Below are positions 1 through 14,500 of a stretch of DNA of 64,000 nucleotides, piece after piece. The stretch is from Octopus sinensis (Eukaryota): the NCBI RefSeq assembly GCF_006345805.1, contig NC_043007.1:14508001-14572000 (forward strand), written 5' to 3'. A program made the position numbers and the translations under genes. The notes under the pieces are model-generated. The model saw only the letters and a list, made by a program, of their open reading frames with translations. It searched no databases and was not told the origin of the DNA. The first letter of the stretch is position 1. Each line of letters begins with the position of its first letter.

Positions 1-290
1 CTTTCGGGGTCGATTAAATAAGTACCAGTTACGCACTGGGGTAGATATAATCGACTTAATCCGTTTGTCTGTCCTTGTTTGTCCTCTCTGTGTTTAGCCC
101 CTTGTGGGTAGTAAAGAAATAGGTATTTCTCTTGTTGCTACATTCTGAGTTCAAGTTCTACTGAGGTCAACTTTGCTTTTCATCCTTTTGGGGGGGTCAA
201 TAAATTAAGTACCAGTTGAATACTGGGGTCAATGTAATCGACTTAACCCCACACCACAAATTTCAAGCCTTGTGCTTATAGCAGAAAGGA
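1..290 (+). mobile_element. SINE family A, partial tandem
   Basis: Matches the A consensus seen at 61849-62075. Confidence 0.8.
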
Positions 291-840
291 TTATATTTCA
301 TATCTACCTAAATGCTCACTATTATTATATTTACTGAAAAAGTGCTTAAACTTCATTCGGTCTTCCTTTGTTTACAAATTGTGTAACAATTAGCCTCTAC
401 CATTATTGTATGGGACACTGGGAATAAATGAAAATAAAAAGCCAATGGGTTGTGAGTCGCAGAAAAGACTGAGTTGGTTCCTTTGAAAAATTTTAGAAGA
501 GAAATATTCTACAAAGTGTTTCGCTTCAACATCATTGTTTTTACGACTGCTGCCCAACACGAGAATTAAGACATCCAATTTGGCCCATGTATTTTATGCT
601 AGACACATTTTTGAAAATTCACTGCAAAATCAGTATTTTGCTGCAAGATCACTATTTCTAAATGTGAAGCTTACATAATTTAAGAAAACAAAAAGATAGA
701 ATGTTATAGAAATACAAAAAAATTTAGAAAAAAAAAGATTGCCAAAAAATTTAGAGACCACAAAATTCATGGTGTGAGAAAATGCTAGAAAAACCAGGTT
801 ATCTTCAATGCAGTAACAAGATTTACGTCAATATTTTAAT

Positions 841-1322
841 TTAACCCTTTCATTACTGTATTTATTTTGAGATTTTCTGTGTTTCTTTCAATTAATTTTA
901 AATATAATAAAGAATTTAGTAACATAACTTAGTTATCATTAATCTAGCGTTAGGAACATAAATTGTGACTAAAGTTTGGTGAAAGATTTTAATTCAAAAC
1001 TTATGAAAACAAGACATTTATAATAAAGAGCCAGAGCCAGTTTTAGCCGGGTTGGTACCAAAAAGGTTAAGAATTGTTTCTCTATTACATATTTTAACCC
1101 TTTTGTCCCCATATTTCTGTTGAGATGCTCTGTGTATCTTTCAATAACTTTAGATATAACAAAGAATTTAGTAAAATAACTTTGTTATCATTAAGCTAGT
1201 GTTAGGAACATAAATTGTGACTAAGGTTTGGTGAAAGATTTTAATTCAAAACTTATAAAAACAAGACATTTGTACTATAGAGCCAGAGGTGGTTTCAGCT
1301 GGGTTAGTAACGAAAGGGTTAA
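841..1322. mobile_element. Tandem pair of TTAA-flanked (piggyBac-type) MITEs
   Basis: ttaacccttt...aaagggttaa ends, about 230-bp units. Confidence 0.75.
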
Positions 1323-1594
1323 ATATGAAAAAGTAAAACCCAAGCCTTTTTAGTATCTTATGACCATAAGCAGTTTAGTAATCAAAAGGATAAATTATAT
1401 TGTTTGTAATCTAGATATAATTTATTCATTATTCTAATTAAACATTTTTAGTCTAATTGTAACTTTTTCATTCTTTTATGGTCTCTAGCATAGACTTTTT
1501 TTTTTTACAAATTAGATAAACGCATTACAATTCTTGTGTTAATAGTTCACATTTAAATACATAGTTTTGGTAGGCGAGAGCTTTATATACTTAC

Positions 1595-1655
1595 AGTATA
1601 TACATCTGTAGCAAACTTTTTCATCATTTCCCTCATACTCTCTGAAAAGTGGCCA
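1595..1655 (-). CDS. UBR2: UBR exon ([20 protein letters not shown])
   Basis: 61 nt, phase 2-0; gene continues past position 1. Confidence 0.85.
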
Positions 1656-4600
1656 CTATAAAACAAAATAACTCTCATTAGGTATTAACATTACTGAATT
1701 CTCAAAGATGTGCTGAATTAATTTAGGTCTGTAGCAAATTATATATATAATGAAATTATTGTATACAGTGCTCAGGTGCAGCACAACTTGTCAAAAAAGT
1801 GCGTATAAAGCATATGCAGTAATGTAGAAATGTCTGGAAAGTGAACAGTGTATGAGTCAGATACATGCTTGTGCGTGTATGGAGGGGAGAAAATCAGGTG
1901 TAGTGTTGGCGAATCTCAGGAAGCATGGAAGTTTTGAAGGATGTAGTGCTTCGACAACCAACAACTGATGCCGGCAGTTTGTTCCATGCTTCAGCAACTC
2001 TTAGCGTGAAAAAATGTTTCTGAAAGTCATGGGAGCTGTGCTGTTTTCTGACTTTGTAAACATGTCCACGGGTGTTAGACAGATGGAGTTTGAAAAGGTG
2101 CTCAGAGTTATTGTTTGTAAGATGGTTAATAATTTTATGGGTGTCTGCCAAGTCAGCTGCCAGACGTCGGAGTTTCAATGTGTCCAAACCCAGGGAAGTA
2201 AGGCGTTCAGAATATGGCAAATGCCTGATGGAGGGTATTCTCTTGGTTGCACATTGCTGAACAGCTACCAGACGATTAATATCCTGGGCAAGATAGGGGT
2301 TCCAGTTATGATATAACTGAATAAGCCTCAGTATATTTCTGGTACTTATTTACTTGATTCCGGTTAATTTGAAATCTTAAGCATAAAAGCATGAGACTAA
2401 AATATCATGAGCAGAGACTAGTTTTTACATGTAACTACATTCTAAAAATAATTTATTATGTGAGAACATAGTGAAGTGCAATGCAGTTAAATGGATGAAC
2501 TGCCAAGAAATGTCTTACCTATTGTCATCATAAACATAGTTCCATAACAGAGTGAAGTTCTTGGCAACACTTTCAGCCATTAGTTTTGTTATCGTGGAAA
2601 TAGGACAGGGTTGGAACAGTAAGCTCTCATCTACAATGGGAAATATATAGAAGTTCTTGATAAACAATAGAATTACAGATAAAATACTACAAGTTTTATT
2701 TACAAGCAACACCTAGAAGAAGTAGTTCTGATTATAAACATTGGAAAGATGAAAACAACATACACCCAGGTAGGGTATGAATTCTGAATATAACTAAAAC
2801 CAAATACAAGACATTTTGTTTGAGACTAACAATTCTTTTAGCCACCACCCTAAAATAAATGGAAATCATTAAGCATTTTAAAGATTTTTTATATAATGCC
2901 TGGCTGTAGTTTATTTATAGAGAAAATCTGATGAATGAATTAACTAAGATTTTCAGTATAAAACAAAAATATAACTGCCTGGCAATCAATATATATGTGG
3001 TTCAAATCCTCAAATCCTGTCAAAGGGCCTGTTTGCTTTTCACTGCCTGAAGTTTTTTATAATGTCTAGTAAAATATTAGTTGTGGAGTCAAATGAAAAG
3101 ATATACAAAAATATTATAATATGGATTTCAAGGCTGAAGACATTAAAAAATATAAATAATATAAACAGAGTAAACAAGAACGAAATTTCTCAACCTTCAG
3201 ACTCTTTATCAACAGCAGCTTTGACACTGGCTTGCACAGTTTTCTGGATGCCATCTAACCAATCATTGAAGCTGAGATCCACTGCCTTCTGTTGGTCACT
3301 GGAATACAGACCAAAGCAAAGATATGGGACTTATGTAAACAAACAGTAGCAATTAAAAAGGAAATATTCTATAATATTTTAAATAATCAAATATTAAAAA
3401 AAAAAACGTACATCAAATGGAAATTGTAGTTGTGATGCCTTTGCCGGTGGCACGTAAAAAGCACCAACTGATCGTGGCCACTGCCAGCCTCGCCTGGAAT
3501 GTGTGCCGGTGGGATATAAAAAGCTGTAGAAACACTGCCAGATCAGACTGGAGCCTGGTGCAGCCTCCTGGCTTCCCAGACCCCGATCAAACCATCCAAC
3601 CCATGCTAGCACGGAAAACGGACGTTAAACGATGATGATATATCATTAGTGAAAATAACTTTACTCTTATACCATTGGTGTACAACAAAATGGTTTTCCA
3701 TTCTTTATCATTTTGTGCATCTTTAGCAAAGAACTCTATATTGGTAATAATGCCTCTGTGTGTTTGTAATGCAAAACTATTTGCTTAGATAACATAGGCA
3801 CAGAATTTGCTAAATGACTCTCCTTATGCTTTGCCTTTGCACATGCAGAAATTAGTGAACAGTTCATAATAAGTACACATACCAAGGAGAAAAACTGTTG
3901 TCATTTATTTGCACTTCATCATTTAATGTCTGTTATACATACTGGCATGGGTTGGATAGTATGACCAGAAATAGCCAGCTGGGGGAGTTACACCACACTC
4001 CAGTTTGATTTGGCATAGTTTCTACAGCTGGATGCTCTTCCTAACACCAACCACTTTACAGAGTGTGCTGGGCGCTTTTACATGTCGCCGCTCGGGCGCT
4101 TTTAAGTGCCACCACGCGGGTGCTTTTATGTGTCACTGCCATGAGTGCTTTACACCACCAGAAGGATTGGTTTTAACCCTTCTGCTGCAGAATATGGGTC
4201 TTCTTGAGTATGACCAGGCACCAGGTATCTCAGTCCTTTGTAATCTAACACACTGTCTGATAAGATTCTTTGCCACTAGCCCCTCTTTTCCACTCTTTCC
4301 GAGCTTGTCTTTTCTCTTTTACAGTCCTGTCAGCGTCACTGTTCTACCACCATGTCACCCTTGGTCTGGCAGGGACTTTGCTCCAACCACAAATCTGGTC
4401 TGTTGCCCTTAGATTGTCCAATAAGATCATCCAGTTGTCCTCTGTCATATTTCTCTTGTATGAAATCAGAAGTTTAAATTACATCACACAATCTCTCTCT
4501 CTCTCGAAGCGACAGAGAGAAAGAAAAAAAAGGCCAAGTTTATAAACTAAACTACTAACAGCAACCAATAACCATTGTTAACTTACATGTCACATCCTGT

Positions 4601-7600
4601 AGCAACTGTCCTTAATGTGCTCAACGGTGGTAACATAGGAATCACAGTATTGCTAATTGCTCCACATAGGGGACACAAAAATTCTAACTTTTCAATGTTG
4701 TAACTACAGGTATTTCGGTATCTGAAGGGTCTGCGACGTTCTTTTGCTGCGATGGCATCAAAATATCTACAAGAGAAAGGAACAAACAACAGTAATTATA
4801 TCTCTCTTTATAAGGGATTTAGAAAATAATTTACTAAATGGCTTTAAATTGTATCTGAAGCGATAAATTTGGGTTACAGGAAGAAGTGCAGAGTTATGTT
4901 CCTTGCTAAAGGGTACAACACGATGTTATATGATACCTTAATTCACTTTTAATTGGGACCCTTACAAGAGTTGCATTTGGCACGATTTTTGTTTACATTC
5001 GAATAAATTGTTTCTGCTACTGTGAGTTCAATCCTCAACTCAAACTGGCAGAAAAGGTCCCTAATTTTAGAGCAGGCCTAAACATATATGAATATGATTA
5101 AATGGTGCATGTAGAATAGAAACAGTGATGGCATGGTTAAATTTGAACTCTGGATCAAATTGCATAGATTTGTACCTTAACCATGTTCGTGCAAAAATAT
5201 ATATAAATATATTATGGAAACTGTCGAATATTTTAAAAGTGAATCACCTTTGCCAACAGTCAGCATGCATCACATGACCACAAGAGCTGGTGTGAGTTCC
5301 ACAAAAAAGGTCTGAAGACATAAATAAGGGATCTTCATCTTCGTTGTTTATGTGTTTGCCTCTTGATTGAGATAAAACAGAAGACCTGAAATTTAGAAAA
5401 TTACAACAATATAAACAAATATAAAACCAAAATTACAAAACAAAAAAATAACCAACAAAAAAAAAAAACTAAGTATGGTTAAGTATTTTAATATTCCACA
5501 ATTATTTCAAAAATGATTCTCAATTATTTGATATATAAAAAAGAAACAAATTAATTAAATTAATGACAACCTCAGTGATATAGTATGCATTAACCTATGT
5601 GAAAGCCCCAATCTGTTCAAATTTAGTGCCCTTAGATGTTACAAGATCAAATGTACAGTACAGTCTAACATTTAAACCTGGGGTCAGTATTTTCTTGATC
5701 TTTTTTCATAACATCCAAGTATAATGCTACCCTCTGATTTTCGCTGTTGTTTTATATTAGACCTCTTATATTATCATACATGGGTAAATATGGCTGTTAC
5801 TTCATGAGAATTTCTAGATAATGAAGTTATTAACCGAGGGAGATTTTTATTATAAAAATTAGTACAGACGTACACTTACCTTTGTACAAGGGCTGAAAGA
5901 ACCATTACACGTGCATTGTAAGAAATCTCTTGGTCTTCTTGACACAGAATACACACAGCTTTAATGGGGACTACATTGTTGGTGCTAGTTTGTCCACAAC
6001 CCAATGCAACAGGGAAAGGAGTAGATGTAAGTTCACTGGAAGAACAAAAAACACTGTACCCAATAAATTAAAAAAATTAAAACAACAACTGAATGTACAA
6101 AACTACTTAGAGAGATAATAAATCTCTGAGCGAGGTATAAACAGTGGCTGCACAACATCGTGAAGTATATTTGCCACTTAAATGTGGCTAACCCTTAAGG
6201 GTGGATGCATCCACCCTTAAGGGTTAGCCACATTTAAGTGGCAAATATACTTCACGATACTTAGAGAGACTCTTTCACCAATTTCTACCAAATGGACTAA
6301 ATCTATTTTTAGTGTCTGCTTGATTGGTAGTCTTGTAATTCATCAATTAATTATAACATTTTCAAATGGTCTATTCACTGAATTAATAATCTTGAAAGAT
6401 TAATTATTATTAAACATTCGTGTTGTAGAATATCACAAGTTTTACATACTTCCTGTATCTTGTGACTTAACTGCACAAGGAGTTTGATGCAGGGAGCCTG
6501 GTTATGCATCTGAATATGGCTTCTAGTAGAACCATGTATGACTTCGGCATTATTTGGATGCACAAATTCTTACAGGTGCTTATATTTGTCGCCGCACAGG
6601 TGCTTTTACGTGCCACCACGAGTGCTTTTACGTGTCGCCACATGAGCGCTTTTACGTATCACCACATGAGCGCTTTTACGTGTCGTCGCATGGGCACTTT
6701 ACACAACTACAAGGATAAGTGTTAACACTTCTGCTACGGGGTACAGGTCTTCTTGAGTACAGCCAGGTACCCTATCTTGATCCTTTCTCATCTCACTTGA
6801 AAGGTTCAGCTTCCTGAGGTCGTGCTTCAGTACTTCATCCCAGGTCTTTCTGGGTCTCACACTTTGAGAGATTGGCACCTTTTTTTATGGAGCTTTCAGC
6901 ATCCCTAAGTAAATAATTACTACCCCAAAGGTAATAACTAATAAAGTTGCCCTCCAACAGCAGAACACAAAGCATCAAGCTAGCTAATATAACTATACCC
7001 AACACTACACCACCTCCACTATTGTACAAGTGTAAAAATAACAAAACCGAACCTCAAATCCATGTCTGACCAAGCTGAGGTCAGGCCGGATGTGGCCATC
7101 TCACAGAGAGTAGGATTGTCTTGAATAAAGCTTCGTTGCATTGCAGACAGCTGTGACATAATCCGTTGCCGCCGTTTAGCCGCCAACTCGGCCTTCTTCT
7201 TCTTCTCCTGCTCTCTTTTAACATCGTAAGTACTGCTCAGATTGTTTATACTGGAAATACTTTCAAATTCATTCTCCATTTTCCTCACAGCAGAAAATTT
7301 CTGCAAAAAAATTGAATAAACAAAGGATTCAGTTACCTGTCAGTTTACAACTCACAAGTAGTTAGAACAGAAGCATATATTGCAGGTTACAGGTTTTAGT
7401 CAACTGATAAGATCCCAATATTTTATTGGTCTTAAAACAGCGAAGTAGATCTAAGTGAGATTTGATCACAGAACCTAAACAAAATACTACAAGGTATTTT
7501 CATCCAGTATTTTACAGAGTTTATCGTTTGCCTAATGTACAATAAATATTTTGTTCCTCCAGGTTCAAAGCCTTATACAATTTAATCATTCAATTTTAAG

Positions 7601-8469
7601 AATTAAAGTAAACTTGTAAATATTTAGCAGAAGAATACATATTAATATGTATACAGATATATTAGTCTTTAATACTTTTGCCACTATATACTTCAAGTTT
7701 GAAAAAAAATTTGGAAGGATTTAAGTAAAATACCAAAATTTTTCATTTATTGGTGTATTAATCTGATGTTAGTGATGTAACTAAAAAAAACAATCACATA
7801 TATTCATCATCATCATCAACGTTTAAATTCTGTTTTCCATGCTGGCATGGATTGGATGGTTTGACTGCGGCCAGGAGAGCCAGCGGCTGCACCAGGCTCC
7901 AATCTGATCTGGCAATGTTTCTACAGATGGATGCCTTTCCTAATGCTAACCACTCCAAGAGTGTAGTGGGTGCTTTTTACGCGCTGGATACTCTTCCTGG
8001 CACAGGAGCCAGTCAGCCGGGCCTGGCATCAATCACTTCGGATAGTGCTTTTTACATACCACCAGCACAAGATTTTGTATTGGTTTTATAAAATACAAAA
8101 AAGAGATGGTCTTATATGGGTTGGTATCAAAAAGGTTCAAAAGGTTTAAACTATTAATCCTTAACAGAAAAAAGTTGGCTCATTTCAGGAAGAAATGTTT
8201 TAATATCATGTCAATTTCTTCTAGCAGGTAAAAATTAGAACTGTTATTCTACTCACATTAAGAACCCATTTGAGGAGCTTGCTCTGATATTCATGAGTAA
8301 GATTCTCACTGCCAACAACACTATGTAATAACTTGAGAATATTCTGACCATCTGCAATAAAAATAAAAGACTTTATTAAAAATACTGCAACTAGAAGAAT
8401 CGGAGGGGGGAAAAAATGTAATTACTATATTAGCAGAGGCATAAAAGCTACGTCTGGTTTAACCAGCTT

Positions 8470-8500
<31 letters not shown>

Positions 8501-11500
8501 AATTTCTCGTTACATCACAAAAAATAAAAACAAATTTGGAATACCTTTTGTAGCTTTCGCAAGAAACTCAAAAGGCTCGTTGTTTTCATAGGCTGCCTTC
8601 TGTTCATGGAGAGCCAGTCCAATTAGATGCATTACCTGAGTAAAAATTGATAGCAAAAATGTATAACAACAGTAAAAAAAGAAATAGCAGATAAGGGGTA
8701 AAAATAAAGCTTGACAATGCAAAATGATATATCGTTAATAAGGGTCAACAGGAAAATCTCTACATAATCGTATGATTTGCCAAATACATTAGCCAAAGTT
8801 TTCTCAAATCATACCATAACATCTTAAAAATAGTATATGTTGAATAATGTAGTCTTACATGCACTATCTGAATTAAAAGGTGAGATAGTTACAACCAGAA
8901 TATTTATGCCAGGTAACTGTGCCGCCACTGCCATCATCATAATAATCTAAAATTTGCTTTCCATGCTAGCATGGGTTGGATGGTTGGACAGGAGCTGGTA
9001 AAGCCAGGGTGTCATTGTCTGTTTTGACATGGTTTCTATGGTTCAATGTCCTCCCTAATACCAACCACTTTAGAGTGTATGGGGTACTTCTTACGTGACG
9101 CCATCACCAGGTGCTTCTTACGTGACACCATCAGCAGGTGCTTCTTACGTGACACCATCAGCAGGTGCTTCTTACGTGACACCATGAGCAGGTGCTTCTT
9201 ACGTGACGCCATCAGCAGGTGCTTCTTACGTGACACCATCACCAGGTGCTTCTTACGTGACACCATCAGCAGGTGCTTCTTACGTGACACCATCAGCAGG
9301 TGCTTCTTACGTGACACCATCACCAGGTGCTTCTTACGTGACACCATCACCAGGTGCTTCTTACGTGACACCATCAGCAGGTGCTTCTTACGTGACACCA
9401 TCAGCAGGTGCTTCTTACGTGACACCATCAGCAGGTGCTTCTTACGTGACGCCATCAGCAGGTGCTTCTTACGTGACACCATCAGCAGGTGCTTCTTACG
9501 TGACACCATCAGCAGGTGCTTCTTACGTGACACCATCAGCAGGTGCTTCTTACGTGACACCATCACCAGGTGCTTCTTACGTGACACCATCAGCAGGTGC
9601 TTCTTACGTGACACCATCAGCAGGTGCTTCTTACGTGACACCATCAGCAGGTGCTTCTTACGTGACACCATCAGCAGGTGCTCTTACGTGACACATCAGC
9701 AGGTGCTTCTTACGTGACACCATCAGCAGGTGCTTCTTACGTGACACCATCACCAGGTGCTTCTTACGTGACACCATCAGCAGGTCTTCTTACGTGACAC
9801 CATCAGTAGGTGCTTCTTACGTGACACCATCAGCAGGTGCTTCTTACGTGACACCATCAGCAGGTGCTTCTTACGTGACACCATCAGCAGGTGCTTCTTA
9901 CGTGACGCATCAGCAGGTGCTTCTTACGTGACACCATCAGCAGGTGCTTCTTACGTGACGCCATCAGCAGCAGGTGCTTCTTACGTGACACCATCACCAG
10001 GTGCTTCTTACGTGACACCATCAGCAGGTGCTTCTTACGTGACACCATCAGCAGGTGCTTCTTACGTGACACATCAGCAGGTGCTTCTTACGTGACACCA
10101 TCACCAGGTGCTTCTTACGTGACACACCATCAGCAGGTGCTTCTTACGTGACACCATCAGCAGGTGCTTCTTACGTGACACCATCACCAGGTGCTTCTTA
10201 CGTGACACCATAGCAGGTGCTTCTTACGTGACACCATCACCAGGTGCTTCTTACGTGACACCATCAGCAGGTGCTTCTTACGTGACACCATCAGCAGGTG
10301 CTTCTTACGTGACACCATAAGCAGGTGCTTCTTACGTGACACCATCAGCAGGTGCTTCTTACGTGACACCATCAGCAGGTGCTTCTTACGTGACACCATA
10401 AGCAGGTGCTTCTTACGTGACACCATCACCAGGTGCTTCTTACGTGACACCATCACCAGGTGCTTCTTACGTGACACCATAAGCAGGTGCTTCTTACGTG
10501 ACACCATCAGCAGGTGCTTCTTACGTGACACCATCAGCAGGTGCTTCTTACGTGACACCATCACCAGGTGCTTCTTACGTGACACCATCAGCAGGTGCTT
10601 CTTACGTGACACCATCAGCAGGTGCTTCTTACGTGACACCATCACCAGGTGCTTCTTACGTGACACCATAAGCAGGTGCTTCTTACGTGACACCATCAGC
10701 AGGTGCTTCTTACGTGACACCATAAGCAGGTGCTTCTTACGTGACACCATCAGCAGGTGCTTCTTACGTGACCCATCAGCAGGTGCTTCTTACGTGACAC
10801 CATCACAGGTGCTTCTTACGTGACACCATCAGCAGGTGCTTCTACGTGACACCATCAGCAGGTGCTTCTTACGTGACACCATAAGCAGGTGCTTCTTACG
10901 TGACACCATCACCAGGTGCTTCTTACGTGACACCATAAGCAGGTGCTTCTTACGTGACACCATCACCAGGTGCTTCTTACGTGACACCATCACCAGGTGC
11001 TTCTTACGTGACACCATCAGCAGGTGCTTCTTACGTGACACCATCAGCAGGTGCTTCTTACGTGACACCATCACCAGGTGCTTCTTACGTGACACCATCA
11101 GTAGGTGCTTCTTACGTGACACCATCACCAGGTGCTTCTTACGTGACACCGTCACCAGGTGCTTTTCACGTGACACCATCACCAGGTGCTTTTCACGTGA
11201 CACCATCACAGGTGCTTTTTATGTGCCTCATATATAAACAATTGTGTTCTTAATCAACAACCTCATATCCATTGCTGACATTTACATAAACGGCAATGTT
11301 AAATAATAATACATACCCTTTCAAATTGAGTCTCGGACCATGATCTGGAGCGTTCAGCAGCTGTTCGAGACAGTACAATTGTCATTATATGGATCATTAC
11401 ATCACAACTCAATACATTCCGTACTCCAGCGAATAATTTACAGAACCGAGGAGGGGCTGGTGGTGGCAGAGCTGTTGAGAGAAGGTAAAACAAGATGAGT

Positions 11501-14500
11501 TGGCAGATTCCTTTACATGAAAGTTCATACAAACACAGTTCATTCTAAAACTAAGCTATCACTATTAATTTCTTTCACTGACTTAAAACAGCATGTTTTG
11601 GAGAAGAGTACAGTTGGTTACATCAACCCAAGTACTTGACTGGTACTTTATTTTATCAACCCTGAAAGGATAAAAGGCAAGGTAGAACCAAATAGGATTT
11701 ACCTCGATCTTCTCCGGCTTGCTTCTTTTTCTTCATTTGGCTTTCTTCAGACTGCAAGAAATATATAAAGATTATTATCAAGATGTCCATCAATATTGTT
11801 GAGAAGGTTGACTAAGACTTCAGACAGTGTTTGTTCTACAGCAAGTATTATATTGATGTCAGTGATAATAAAATAAATGATAATGCTTAGTATTAAAAAA
11901 ACTGATTGTCAAAGTAGTTGAGTGGCTATGTGATAAGTAGCTTGCTTATCAACCACATGGTTCTGGGTTCAATCCCACTGCGTGACACCTTGGGCAAGTG
12001 TCTTCTACTATAGCCTAGGGCCGACCAAAGCCTTGTGAGTGGATTTGGTAGACGGAAACTGAAAGAAACCCATTGTTTATATGTGTGTGTGTGTCTGTGT
12101 TTGTCCCCCCCCAACATTGCTTGACAACCGATGCTGATGTCGTTACGTCCCCGTAACTTAGCGGTTCGGCAAAAGAGACCGATAGAATAAGCATTAAGCT
12201 TACAAAGAATAAGTCCTGGGGTCAATTTGCTCGACTAAAGGCAGTGCTCCAGCATGGCCACAGTCAAATGACTGAAACAAGTAAAAGAGTAAAATAAATT
12301 TTCAACATGTTGAACAACTTAAATGACAAATGCTGAGGTCAGGTTTTTGTTATTTGTAGACAAAAGACAAATCAATTTCCTGAGAGGATCTCAGTATATT
12401 TCACATAAGAATTACAGATAACCTGTTTTAGTATTGTTTAACAGTCAGGCGAAATGAAGCCATAGAATTAAATGAACAGACAAAATACACAACTATGCAT
12501 CTTTAATACATTTGAACTTCAGTTAATGCCCTAGCCATCTGTAATATAGAATTCAGTGTGTTTCCAGAGACATAAAGTCTGATGCAGACTAGCAACATAT
12601 CCACCTGGTAACAATCTCACTATGCTGTAATTATACATTTATAATCGTTTTAACCCTTTCATGATCATGCTTCTAATGAAATTAACTCCTTATGGGCTTG
12701 AAGTGATTTTATAGAATAATTAAGAATTTTAAGGTATTTAGCAAAATAACATTGCCCATTATTAATCAGATGTTGGAACATAACAAAAGGTTCTAACATA
12801 AAATTATAACGGGTTTAAATTTAAATAAATACATTTTAAAAGGAATTTGTATCATAGAATCAGAGAAGGTCTCATTTGAGTTGATGTCAAAAGGGTTAAA
12901 GCCTCCTATGTTTTAGTACAGAGGGAGATAAAAGTGAAGGCACATGGCCTAGTGGTTAGAGCAGCAGACTCGCGGTCGAGGGATCGCGGGTTCGAATCTC
13001 AGACTGGACGATGTGTGTGTTTATGAGCGAAACACCTAAGCTCCACACGGCTCTGGCAGAAGGTAATGGCAAAACATCTGCTGACTCTTTCTCCACAACT
13101 TTCTCTCACTCTTTCCTCCTGCAGCTCACCTGAGATAGACTGGCGTCCCGTCCAGGTGGGGAACCTATACGCCAAGAAACTGGGAAACCGGCCCTTATGA
13201 GCCAGGCATGGCTCGAGAAGGAACAAACAAAAAAAAAAAGAGGGAGCTAAACCCTTCATTCTTGTAACAGAGATCTGTAAACAGAAGCAATCTGGCATTT
13301 GGGTTCTGAGATTGCGCTGTGGACAGCTGAACTACGACTTTACACACGAGTTGGAAGACTGAACAAAATAGAAACAATAAGCGGTTTGGTACTTCTAAAA
13401 TACAATGAATGAGTATACATAACACTTACTTTAGATTGCTCTGACCTGCTATAGTGATAGAAATAGGGATTGTATTGCTCACAATACTCTGGTTTTAGCT
13501 CATAGTGTCCTTTGCCTCCAACTTGACTTTTCCTGAAATGATGGAAACATTTCAATTAAAAAAAAAACATACTTACAAATTCAATATCAAGGTCTATACA
13601 TTGCCTTATGCTAGCTTAAGTTAGATAGATGTATCTATTTCTTTACAACCCACAAGGGGCTAAACACAGAGGGGACAAACAAGGACAGACAAACGGATTA
13701 AGTCGATTACATCGACCCCAGTGTGTAACTGGTACTGAATTTATCGACCCCGAAAGGATGAAAGGCAAAGTCAACCTCGGCAGAATTTGAACTCAGAAAG
13801 CAGCGCCAGACGAACTACCGCAAAGCATTTCACCTGGCGTGCTAACGTTTCTGCCAGCTCGCCGCCTTAAATAGTTAGAAAGATGTATCGTGCAAGCTCT
13901 CATTGTTCAGCTCTGCACTGACAACTCATCACAATTTTCATTGAAAATCAATATCAGAGCAGTTATTTCTCCAACACACTTTGGTAAATGCCTGAAGTCC
14001 AGGTGCTCCCTCAGCTCACATGTGCTCCACCATTCATGCAGGTAAGCAATACACATACAAACAATCATCCTTGCCTCAAATTATCTCACTACATGCAATG
14101 ACAATATCACACTTATTCCAGAGAGACAGACAGAGAAAATGTTGTTGTCCCCTCTATGTTTAGCCTCTTGTGGGCAATAAAGAAATAAGAAAGAGATAAT
14201 GTTGTTGTTGTTAACTTCTTCTACTCCTTCTTTACTCTAATTACAATAATTCTACTACAATCACCACCAGCACTAATTAGATAACCACATGGTTCCAGGT
14301 TCAGTCCCACTGCATGGCACCTTGGGCAAGTGTCTTCTACTATAGCCTTGGGCTGACCAAAGCCTTGTGAATGGATTTGGTAGACGTAAACTGAAAGAAG
14401 CCCATCACATATATGTATATGTGTGTATATACATATATGTATGTTTGTGAGTTTGTGTTCGCCCCCACCCCCAACATTGCTTGACAACTGATGCTGGTGT

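Noticed and set aside
9084-11220. CRISPR-like array
   Set aside because: Head-to-tail units with no unique spacers, no cas genes, eukaryotic intron.
9036-11253. Long repetitive ORFs (MVSRKKHLL / RCFLRDTIS / TPSAGASYV)n
   Set aside because: By-product of a stop-free 27-bp unit inside an intron; open in several frames and broken by indels.
12938-13010. tRNA gene
   Set aside because: A and B boxes present but no complete cloverleaf; continues into a repeated SINE body.
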